64,000 nt of DNA from Natronolimnobius baerhuensis (lineage in GTDB: Archaea > Halobacteriota > Halobacteria > Halobacteriales > Natrialbaceae), in contig NZ_MWPH01000006.1 of NCBI RefSeq assembly GCF_002177135.1, forward strand, positions 5,955 through 69,954, given 5' to 3'. Shown here piece after piece: positions 30,318-38,573 of this stretch. Position 1 is the stretch's first letter. Each line of letters opens with the position of its first letter. The position numbers were made by a program, and so were the translations under genes. Below the pieces are notes generated by a model that saw nothing but the letters and a program-made list of their open reading frames with translations, had not been told where the DNA came from and did not search any database.

Positions 30318-31112
30318 TCACCCACTCCGTTCGTGCAGTCGCCGGATGCGCGTTGCAAGTTCACGCACGCGTTTCTGGCGATCCTCAGCAAGGGAGTTGT
30401 CCGCGGGTACAATTTCGAGTTGCTCGACGACCCCATCGACCTCCTCATAGAGTTCATCGTAGGCGGCATCAGAGACTGGATTAGCCGCCAGAAAGTCGCG
30501 CAGTTCTGTTGCTCGCTGGTGGCAGGCTTCCGGTGATTCTCCGGCAGCGGCCTCGAGATGCTCGGCTAGCGAGACTCCGAGGTAGCCAACGGCGTTTCCA
30601 ACGTCGTCGGTCTCCGTTTCATCAGTGCCCGAACCAGTACCTGCACTACCAGCACTATTTTCGATAGTAACATCCTGTAATCGCTGACGTGCACGTCGTC
30701 GCTCGTCTTCGTACGTGGCATTTCCAGCGATTTCAGCGAGCGTCTGGCCGATACGCTCTTGCTCGGTTGCCTTGATCTCAGGATACAATCCCCGAAGCGT
30801 ATCGATGGCGTCGAGTCGTTCGCTCGTATTAGTTCCGTCCTCGGCAAGCGTACAGAAGAGCGGAACAACGACCGACGCAGCAACGGTTGGATCCCGATCG
30901 AAAAGCGACTGCAGCGTCTTGCGTGCGAGTTCCCGCTCAGCGCGTCCCGTCGAGTCGGTCACTGTCGTTCGCAGCGTCTCGAGGATGCGGCGTCGCTCGC
31001 GCTCGTCAGCCGTCGGATACAGCGTCGCGAGCGATTCGATTGCCTCCTGTCGGTCCTGCGAATACGGTGATTCGAGGGCCGTCTCTCGGTGGGTATCGAT
31101 TGCTTCCTGCAT
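30318..31112 (-). CDS. HEAT/PBS-lyase-like repeat protein
   Basis: Repeating helix-pair units of ~30 aa ('AIESLATLYP', 'ILETLRTTVTD', 'AIDTLRGLYPE'). ATGA overlap with the upstream gene at 31112. Confidence 0.6.
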   Translation of the reverse strand: MQEAIDTHRETALESPYSQDRQEAIESLATLYPTADERERRRILETLRTTVTDSTGRAERELARKTLQSLFDRDPTVAASVVVPLFCTLAEDGTNTSERLDAIDTLRGLYPEIKATEQERIGQTLAEIAGNATYEDERRRARQRLQDVTIENSAGSAGTGSGTDETETDDVGNAVGYLGVSLAEHLEAAAGESPEACHQRATELRDFLAANPVSDAAYDELYEEVDGVVEQLEIVPADNSLAEDRQKRVRELATRIRRLHERSG

Positions 31113-32890
31113 CAGATGTTCTCCCCGCAGTTCGTACAGAAATCGTTCTCGGCCGGTACCGCCGTCTCACAGCTGGGACAGACGACATCCGTCTCGGAGG
31201 TGGTGCCGCTGCCGCTATTGCTACCACCGCCGTCACCACCCTGGACAATGGTGGTATCGCCGCCGCTGCTGCCACCTGCGTCCGGAATAATAACATTATC
31301 TGACGTGTCCTCTGCAGCCGCGCGGCCAGTCTCGCCCATGTTATCCATGGCCGACTCAGTCGTCTCCTGCATCCGATCCATCGAGTCGCCCATCATCTCT
31401 TTCATCTCCTCACGGAATTCCTTCTGGTCATCGACGCGCTGGCGTTCTTTCTCGGCACTGTTTGCCTCCTGGCGGGCCTTCGCGAGTTCGTCGCTATCTT
31501 GGGCACCCAGTGCTTCGAGTTGGGCGGGCGAGAGATTCCCGGCCTTTTCCATCTCAGCTAACTCCGCAACTGACTCATCAACGCCATCCATGCTCGCGAG
31601 CGTACCAAGGTCGACGTCGTCGCGGGCTTCCAGTTGCTCCTTCTCGACTTCGACCTCGTGGCGCTCCTTTTCCATCTCGAGGTCTTGCTCGCGTTGCTCG
31701 CGGTCGAGTTTCTGTTGGTCTTTCTTCGACTTGACGTCGATCAGATCTTCGATTTCGGTGATGTCCTGCTCGTGTTCAAGGTCGCGGCGGTCGACTTCGT
31801 TCTCCTTGCGCGTGGTCTTGGCGTGTTCTTCGTGTTCGACTTGCTCGCGCTCGGCTGTATGTCGGTGCCGGCGCTGCATGTCGTCTTTCTCGTGGTCGTA
31901 CTCGAGATCCTGGGTCTCAATCTGGTGGTCAGCGGATTGTTTCGTGGTTTCGCGCCGGACCCGCTGTTTCTCGTCGTGGACCGTATCGCTGGTGTCACGC
32001 TCGCGTTCGCGACGGTCGAGTTCCGCGCGGCGGTCCTCAAGGTCTTCCGTCTCGGCACGGATCTCAACGTCTTTCTTCCCCTCGCGAATCTCGTCTCGGT
32101 CATCCTCATACTCAAACGACCGTAGGTCGACCAGCGCCAGTCCGTTGCGCTCGAAAATCGCCTGACACTGCTGAGCGACATCCGATTGCAGCGTTGCCGT
32201 CAGTTCGCGATTTCCGTACAATTCCTCATGCTCGTATGAAGAAAGCGTCGCCGCCAACTCCCCCCGAACGGCGTCGCCGAGCAACCGCTCAAGCGTATCA
32301 GTTGTAACCGCATCCCGATCCGTGACCATGCTGGTGAAGAACTGCTCGGTATCCTCGAGAGTGAAGACGAGTTCGACGGTCACATCGACGGGATACTCCG
32401 ACGCCGTCCGGACGCCCTCAATCGGTAGGGTCAAGACCGTGTTTCCATCTGGAACTAACACGACGGATCGATCTTGGCCAGTGCGGAAATCGACGATCTT
32501 CTGCCCGAGTGAGTCAAGCGTGTGGTTCCCTGGCCCGATCTCTTCGGTCACCGAACCGTCCTCGAGCAGGAGTGCCCGCGTTCCCTCTTCGATGCTGATC
32601 TCCTCTTTCTGACGCAGTCGGTTTAGGAAACCGCCAGATTGTAGCGCCGCACCGTCTACTCGTCGAGCCAGTTCCGTTGGCCGCAACTGGATTGGACCTG
32701 ACTCAGAATCGTTTGTCGATTTGTTATCGGACCGTGCGTCGAGGGACTCACCACAGCTCGGACAGAACGACCCACTTGCCGAAACGCTGTCACCGCAACT
32801 CGGGCAACTCTCGCTGACCGAACAGCCACAGTCGCGGCAGAAATTTGCCGCATCGGGGAGTTCGGTCCCACAGTCGGGACAGATCGTCAT
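31112..32890 (-). CDS. flotillin-like protein: N-terminal Zn-ribbons, SPFH/band-7 domain, ~270-aa charged coiled coil, C-terminal Zn-ribbon
   Basis: 'CPDCG...CRDCG...CPSCG...CPSCG' N-terminal. 'VVLVPDGNTVLTLPIEGVRTASEYPVDVTVELVF...TDTLERLLGDAVRGELAATL...LALVDLRSFEYED' matches the SPFH core. E/R/D/K-rich heptads follow. C-terminal 'CPSCE...CTNCG'. Confidence 0.7.
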   Translation of the reverse strand: MTICPDCGTELPDAANFCRDCGCSVSESCPSCGDSVSASGSFCPSCGESLDARSDNKSTNDSESGPIQLRPTELARRVDGAALQSGGFLNRLRQKEEISIEEGTRALLLEDGSVTEEIGPGNHTLDSLGQKIVDFRTGQDRSVVLVPDGNTVLTLPIEGVRTASEYPVDVTVELVFTLEDTEQFFTSMVTDRDAVTTDTLERLLGDAVRGELAATLSSYEHEELYGNRELTATLQSDVAQQCQAIFERNGLALVDLRSFEYEDDRDEIREGKKDVEIRAETEDLEDRRAELDRRERERDTSDTVHDEKQRVRRETTKQSADHQIETQDLEYDHEKDDMQRRHRHTAEREQVEHEEHAKTTRKENEVDRRDLEHEQDITEIEDLIDVKSKKDQQKLDREQREQDLEMEKERHEVEVEKEQLEARDDVDLGTLASMDGVDESVAELAEMEKAGNLSPAQLEALGAQDSDELAKARQEANSAEKERQRVDDQKEFREEMKEMMGDSMDRMQETTESAMDNMGETGRAAAEDTSDNVIIPDAGGSSGGDTTIVQGGDGGGSNSGSGTTSETDVVCPSCETAVPAENDFCTNCGENI

Positions 32891-33104
32891 CGTGCGACCT
32901 CCTCTCCCGCACTCGAGTCAGTTGTTGCGTCCGAGATTCCCGTTGCATCTGCGTTTGATAGCGGAGTCACACAGTCTCGACTCTGTGTATTTCTCGTTCG
33001 GCTGCCGGTTCCCCCCTGTTTAGTCGTCGAAATACGTGTGTACTTCATCGATTGTATGTAATCTGTTGTGAAAGACATTTCAATATTTGGGCATCAGTTA
33101 GCGC

Positions 33105-34307
33105 TTATTCATCCCAATCAGCGAGACTCGAGTCAACTGACTCGACTGCCGCTGTAAGGTGGTGCTGGGTTACTGGCTGGATCTCCGACTCATCGCGGGC
33201 CTCCTTGAGCGCGTCTCTAGCGGCCGTCGTCGCGACGAGCTCGAGGTCGCTCGCGGCGTAGCCCTCGGTTAGGCCTACGATTTCGTCCCAGTCAATCGTC
33301 TCAGTGAGGACCGGCCGATCACGGAGATGAACGCGCAAGATGGCTTCGCGTGCGGTCTCGTCCGGTGGCGGTACCTCAATTCGCTCGTCGAACCGGCCAG
33401 AGCGCTTGATAGCGTCATCGACAGCCTCCAGCAGATTCGTCGCCGCAAAAACAACGACGTCTTCGCCCTGGACATCTGAGAGTTCGGTCAGTAATTGATT
33501 GACCATCTGCTGTTGGCTTTGGGTCGTCTGTGCGCCGCCAGTTCGCTGACCAGCAATCGCATCGATTTCGTCGATGAAAACCAAACATGGCTGGTTCTCG
33601 CGGGCAACGGTGAACAACTCGGCGACGTTGTCTGCCGCTTCTCCGACTAAGGAACTTGACAGGTCTGACGGCGTCACCTCAATGAAATTGTAGCCGAGTT
33701 TACCAGCAAGTGCCTGTGTAATGTAGGTCTTGCCCGTCCCCGGCGGCCCGTACAACAACACGCCGTTGACGACGCCGAGTCCGTATTCCTCGTAGAGGTC
33801 GGGCCGCTCGAGTGGGTCGACAATGGTGTCGATTACGGTTTGTTTCAAGTCAGTCATCCCGCCGACATCATCAAAATCCAACTCAGGTGGATCCTTCAGA
33901 TATGCCTTCGCGTCGACCTCTTTGTTCTCATCGCCGTTGCCGGTCCCACCTGGTGGGCTGGCGTTTGCAGTTCCACCTGGTTCAGGTCCGCCCGATTGAG
34001 TTCCGGACCGGTCATCAGAGAACTCCGCGGTAGTCTCACTCTCCCCATCAACGACACTCACCTCACCCGATGCAATTGCCTCGAGTGTGTCGGCAGCCTC
34101 ATCGAGGTTCTTTGCAAGTGATCGCCGTTTCTCAGCGAGTTTCTCGGCCGACTCAAGGTCAGCGATCTGATCGACAATCTCGGCAGTTTTACGGTAGTGT
34201 TCGGCAGCCTTGGCGGGTTCTTTCCGTTCACGGAATTTCTCTGCGAGTTGGCGGTGGCGCTCGTAGTCGTCCTCAAGGATTTCTTTGTGTGCCCCGTCTT
34301 CTAACAT
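33105..34307 (-). CDS. Vps4/CdvC-like AAA+ ATPase (MIT-like N-terminal helical domain, disordered linker, single classical AAA domain)
   Basis: Walker A 'GPPGTGKT'. Walker B 'LVFIDEIDAI'. SRH 'ATNLLEAVDDAIKRSGRFDERIEVPPPD'. The N-terminal 85 aa form a three-helix pattern with an A/Y/E periodicity reminiscent of MIT. Confidence 0.8.
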   Translation of the reverse strand: MLEDGAHKEILEDDYERHRQLAEKFRERKEPAKAAEHYRKTAEIVDQIADLESAEKLAEKRRSLAKNLDEAADTLEAIASGEVSVVDGESETTAEFSDDRSGTQSGGPEPGGTANASPPGGTGNGDENKEVDAKAYLKDPPELDFDDVGGMTDLKQTVIDTIVDPLERPDLYEEYGLGVVNGVLLYGPPGTGKTYITQALAGKLGYNFIEVTPSDLSSSLVGEAADNVAELFTVARENQPCLVFIDEIDAIAGQRTGGAQTTQSQQQMVNQLLTELSDVQGEDVVVFAATNLLEAVDDAIKRSGRFDERIEVPPPDETAREAILRVHLRDRPVLTETIDWDEIVGLTEGYAASDLELVATTAARDALKEARDESEIQPVTQHHLTAAVESVDSSLADWDE

Positions 34308-34402
34308 TGATTGCTTCCCTCCGAACCGTCTCCTGTCGATTCCACCATTTCTACGCCCCCACGAATTCAGTAATTCCCATCGCTCTCATCTGTCTCACTT
34401 GC

Positions 34403-35083
34403 TTAGATGTCGAACTCCTGTTCGTCGATTTCGACTTCCTCGAGGTCGAGGTCATCCTCGATTGCAGCGTCATCGCTGGTGTCAGCGGAGACTTCGGCTT
34501 CCATCTCGATGTCGACTTGCTCTTCTGAGATTTCGGAGGCAGCCATCTCTTGCATCAACTGCTCTTCTTCGCTGACGTCCATTGCGATGTCGTCTTCCAT
34601 GATGGGGATATCCAGTGCCTCCTGAATCTCTTCCATGTCCTCCATCTCGATGCCGAACGCAGCCATCCGCTCCATGATCTCGCTTTGGATCTCTTGAGCA
34701 TCAGCGTCATCCATCGCATTATCGAGCGCGATGTCGTCCTCGTTTTGTACTTCCATGATCTCGCGCATTCCCTGAATAGAAAGGATAGTACCGAGTTTGA
34801 CGCTGTTTGCGCGATACTTCTTTTTCTTGATCGCATACTTTTTCTTCTCAAATTTGGCTTTCTGTGCGTACTTTTTACGCTTGAGATCACTCACCTCCGC
34901 ACCTTCTTTGAGGAGTTTCTTGTATGTCCGACTATGTTGATCCATCTCATTCTCGAGTTTTTTCAGCTTGTGCTCGAGTTTCGTGATGTCTTTTCGGATG
35001 TCGGTATGACTGTAGACATCCTCGTCGAGGAGCGTCTGTCCTGTGCCGCCGAATCGGTCTTGAACCCAATTTCGAAGTTCCAT
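34403..35083 (-). CDS. Snf7/ESCRT-III-like (or PspA/Vipp1 superfamily) coiled-coil protein
   Basis: Basic N-terminal helical hairpin ('LKRKKYAQKAKFEKKKYAIKKKKY' resembles CHMP4 'LKRKKRYEKQLAQ'). Strongly acidic C-terminal half ('DIALDNAMDDADAQEIQSEIMERM' resembles CHMP4 'DIDKVDELMQDIADQQELAEEIS'). Adjacent to the Vps4-like ATPase. Confidence 0.55.
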   Translation of the reverse strand: MELRNWVQDRFGGTGQTLLDEDVYSHTDIRKDITKLEHKLKKLENEMDQHSRTYKKLLKEGAEVSDLKRKKYAQKAKFEKKKYAIKKKKYRANSVKLGTILSIQGMREIMEVQNEDDIALDNAMDDADAQEIQSEIMERMAAFGIEMEDMEEIQEALDIPIMEDDIAMDVSEEEQLMQEMAASEISEEQVDIEMEAEVSADTSDDAAIEDDLDLEEVEIDEQEFDI

Positions 35084-35414
35084 GAATATCGTCTTATGTC
35101 GTCGCGAATATTATCATTCGCATACCTGTTTAGTGGTCGCCACGTCCTTCTCTCTCGCCGGTTGCGTGGTCCGGTGCACACCGAATCGATCTACCCGGCC
35201 GTTGACCCAGTTGGCCACCATCAGTCCATATTCGCTGCAACGGGAAGACCTACCACTCAGAATGAAACGCCGGTATCGACGTCTTACAGCCTCGAATCGG
35301 GCACGTTCCTCGATTTGAGCAGTAGACAATCTGGTGGACATTCTCGTTTGACGACCCGTATTGACACATGTCCCTCCCTCCGACTTAAACCTTTGTACAT
35401 TTCGTAATATCTGC

Positions 35415-35537
35415 TGAGTCTCCATAATGGAGTGTGTATGAGACTCAACAAAATCCCCTTATGTGTTGTAACACGCGCTATTGGGACGGTATTGAGTTAC
35501 AACCCTCTAGTGACAGGATGAGTCTCCAATATGGAAA
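35415..35537. promoter_or_regulatory. two copies of palindromic motif GAGTCTCCA(TA/AT)ATGGA in divergent intergenic region
   Basis: 35415-35432 'tgagtctccataatggag' (with flanking inverted 'gagactca' at 35440-35447) and 35518-35537 'gatgagtctccaatatggaa'. The core TCCAnnnnTGGA dyad is a candidate operator. Confidence 0.4.
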
Positions 35538-35704
35538 AAAATATGGTGCTACAAGATGGTAGTAGGTGTAGAGGATGAGCGCAACAACGAATCGACGACC
35601 AGATGACCCTCCCTCCGTTCCGTCAACAAACCGATTCGGGACGCGTCGTTCGCGGGCACAACCGCGTGAGAAGACCCGCCAAGACCGTTCAGTCACTACG
35701 ACCG

Positions 35705-36253
35705 ATGTCTAACACTGACCCATCGAGCGACGAGACGTCCACCGACACGGAGTATCTGTTCGTCGTCGACTACGAGGACGACGCCGAGCGAAAGCGCATC
35801 GAGTATCTCTTCAATAACTGGGACGACGGCGAAATCGCAAAACCAAGCGGGCTGGTTCGTGTCGGTCAATCGGTATCCCACGACGAACTGTACCAAGATC
35901 TCGTCGCGAAGGTACCCGAAGAGCAAGTCCAGTCGTATCGTCTCGAACCGGTCGAGACAGACGTCGCCCCGGAGACGCTCACCGTTGAACAATCGATTGA
36001 TGCACCAGCAGATGCAGTCGAAACGTTCGTCGAATACATATTCTCGAAAAGAAAAGCAGTCCTCCAGTCGGCGCCACATAATGAGTACGAGGTCTACACA
36101 AAAAAAGGACGTGCGGACGTAACGTACCGACTGGACGCAGACGATGAATCAACCGACGTAACTGTCACGATCACCGGCCACGCTCCCGCACCCGGCTTCC
36201 TCGCCAACTTCTTCGAGACAGAACTCAAGGCATACGCGGACAGTCAATCCTAA
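35705..36253 (+). CDS. hypothetical acidic protein
   Basis: 182 aa from ATG 35705 (the track ORF starts at 35603). No recognised motifs. Co-directional with the next gene, 14-bp gap. Confidence 0.5.
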   Translation: MSNTDPSSDETSTDTEYLFVVDYEDDAERKRIEYLFNNWDDGEIAKPSGLVRVGQSVSHDELYQDLVAKVPEEQVQSYRLEPVETDVAPETLTVEQSIDAPADAVETFVEYIFSKRKAVLQSAPHNEYEVYTKKGRADVTYRLDADDESTDVTVTITGHAPAPGFLANFFETELKAYADSQS

Positions 36254-36267
36254 CCAACACTCCACTC

Positions 36268-38268
36268 ATGAACTGTGCACGACGATTTCAGGATCTTGTT
36301 CGGGACCGAGACGTTGTTCTCGAGGAAGATCTGGCAGCGCTGAAACGCCAAAGTGAACGAGGACGTATCGAGCGGTACAATACGATCAAATCCGATGAGG
36401 CGACGTTCCAGTCGGCATTTACTGGCGACTGCCGAGAGTTTCTGACGCAGTCCGAGCGCAACCGCGCCCGCGGAGAATTCCGCCTTGCACGGTTGCTCAT
36501 TGCAGCCAGTTTCTACGACGATGATGAGAACCAATTCCCGCCGTCGATGGCCGACGACTTCGCGAACGCTGCCCTCGAGGCAGTCGTGGACTTTGAACGG
36601 TTCAAGCGCTTCGACGCGCTCTCGACGAACCAGATCGAAGAGCACATCCGGCGGATGGACGGCGAAGTGTACGAACTTGTTGTCGAGTACACATCGACGC
36701 AGCTAGCGACTGTCGAAGAGTTGCTCGAAGAGCCCGATGTCCAGCAGGACCTGATCGAGCGACTGCTTACACGCTACGAAGAGCGTCGCGAGAAAATTCG
36801 GCAAGGCTTTTTCACCTACGTCGAGACTCACGGTCTCGAGCACATGGTCGCCGAAATCGAGGCGGCCGTCGAGGCCGTCGCCAACGCCTCTGACACACGA
36901 GAAACGATCCACGAGCAACGCCAGGATGGCCCAGGGGACACATCATTGCGTCTCGACGGCAACCTGCGGCGTCGCACGCGAAAACTGGAGTCAGAATTGG
37001 GAGCTGCCGAAGCCGGTCTCGACGGTCAAAGCGACATCGACCACCTCCGTAAGCAGGTTGCTAACCTCACCGACACGCAGCAAACGGCGGTGACAGAACT
37101 CGAGGACCGCATCGACAAGGCGAGTGACCTCAAAGATCGCATCGACGCAGAGATTGAACGCCTCCAACAGACGCACGGTGATGTCGCCGACGCTAATCGC
37201 AAGGAGGTCGCCGACGCGACAGCCGACCTCATCGAGACCGAACTCGAGAATCTCGAAGCCGAGCGTGATGATCTTCTGACGGAGATTGATCACCTCAAGC
37301 GCGAGCGTGAGTTGCTTGAAGCGACTCGTAGTCGTCTGGACGAACGCCAAGGAACACTTACAGAGCCAATCGATAGTGATGTCGAAGCCGCGCTTGGACC
37401 CAACGTGGAGACCGGACTGGACGGCGACGATGTTGTTACCGCATCGGTTGCGTGTCTGCAGGAACTGGACTACCTCGGTCGCTTCGATATCTCGATGCGG
37501 GATGCCACGAGCATCACAACTGACGCGTCCGGCACCGAGTTTGAGGTTCCTGATAATTACTGGGACGACCGGAGCGAGCGGCGCAACGAACGGACACGAC
37601 TGGCAGATCTGCTCGAGGATGGCGACCCAACCGCCGTCGAGCAGTACCCCGTCAACCGGAGCGCGCGCTACGAGATCACCAACTCTCAGTACTTCGGTTT
37701 CGCCCGCGAAACAGAGATGATACTCGAAGCGCGAGTCTGTGCACATCTCATGGCGTACGCGACCACCGGGTTCGACGCGGCGCCGGCAGATCTCGACGAT
37801 GTGCTGTCCGTCCTCAACGACGTGATTTACGAAGCAGAGCAGCGGGACATCACGTATCTGCTCGGAATTGCATCCCCGACTGGCTGGACTGAGCGCGTTA
37901 TTGAACAACTGCAGGGAGAGGGGCAAAACGTGACCCGAACCCGAATGAGTCAAAACGTCGGTCTCTGTCTCGTCGATCTCCAAGACGGCTCCGTACTGTA
38001 CGACAAATCAGATTCCGTTGTCGCGGAGAACGCTCACCTCTTCGAACCACCACTTGAGAGCGAGCGTGTCACAAACTGTGTCTCAACCCTCCGCACCGAG
38101 TACGTTGACGATCTCGGCTGTGAGACAGTACTGCTGTGTGACATCGTTGAACACCACGACTATGACCCACACATTGTCGACCGAGCGTTTGACAAGCTAG
38201 AGCGTGATGGAACCGGCCACCAATTCTACGTCGAGGAGCTCGGATTGGCGTTAGCCGTCGGAACCTAG
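36268..38268 (+). CDS. hypothetical large acidic coiled-coil protein with globular C-terminal domain
   Basis: 666 aa. Central ~250-aa E/R/D-rich heptad region ('LEAERDDLLTEIDHLKRERELLEATRSRLDERQ'). No enzymatic motifs recognised. Confidence 0.55.
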   Translation: MNCARRFQDLVRDRDVVLEEDLAALKRQSERGRIERYNTIKSDEATFQSAFTGDCREFLTQSERNRARGEFRLARLLIAASFYDDDENQFPPSMADDFANAALEAVVDFERFKRFDALSTNQIEEHIRRMDGEVYELVVEYTSTQLATVEELLEEPDVQQDLIERLLTRYEERREKIRQGFFTYVETHGLEHMVAEIEAAVEAVANASDTRETIHEQRQDGPGDTSLRLDGNLRRRTRKLESELGAAEAGLDGQSDIDHLRKQVANLTDTQQTAVTELEDRIDKASDLKDRIDAEIERLQQTHGDVADANRKEVADATADLIETELENLEAERDDLLTEIDHLKRERELLEATRSRLDERQGTLTEPIDSDVEAALGPNVETGLDGDDVVTASVACLQELDYLGRFDISMRDATSITTDASGTEFEVPDNYWDDRSERRNERTRLADLLEDGDPTAVEQYPVNRSARYEITNSQYFGFARETEMILEARVCAHLMAYATTGFDAAPADLDDVLSVLNDVIYEAEQRDITYLLGIASPTGWTERVIEQLQGEGQNVTRTRMSQNVGLCLVDLQDGSVLYDKSDSVVAENAHLFEPPLESERVTNCVSTLRTEYVDDLGCETVLLCDIVEHHDYDPHIVDRAFDKLERDGTGHQFYVEELGLALAVGT

Positions 38269-38573
38269 CAGTAGTTCTGAATTTGAGCGCTATATTTCAG
38301 TCGCATAGACTAACTCGTCAGCGGAGACCACGAAATACACTCGGGAGATCAGCACCGAGCAAAAGATGCGGACGGTCACCGAAGCTGCTGCTGAGTATAT
38401 GGAACTCGCGATACCGCACATCGACTTTGGTCGTGATCCGGACGCACCCAACTACCAATATCCTCCAGAGTCGTTTTACCGCCTCTTAGCTCACGAAACG
38501 AGGTAGTTCAGTTGGAAGCAGCCACACCGTCAAGGAACGGTTGTATACATGAAGGTGGAACCACCTTCTGATT

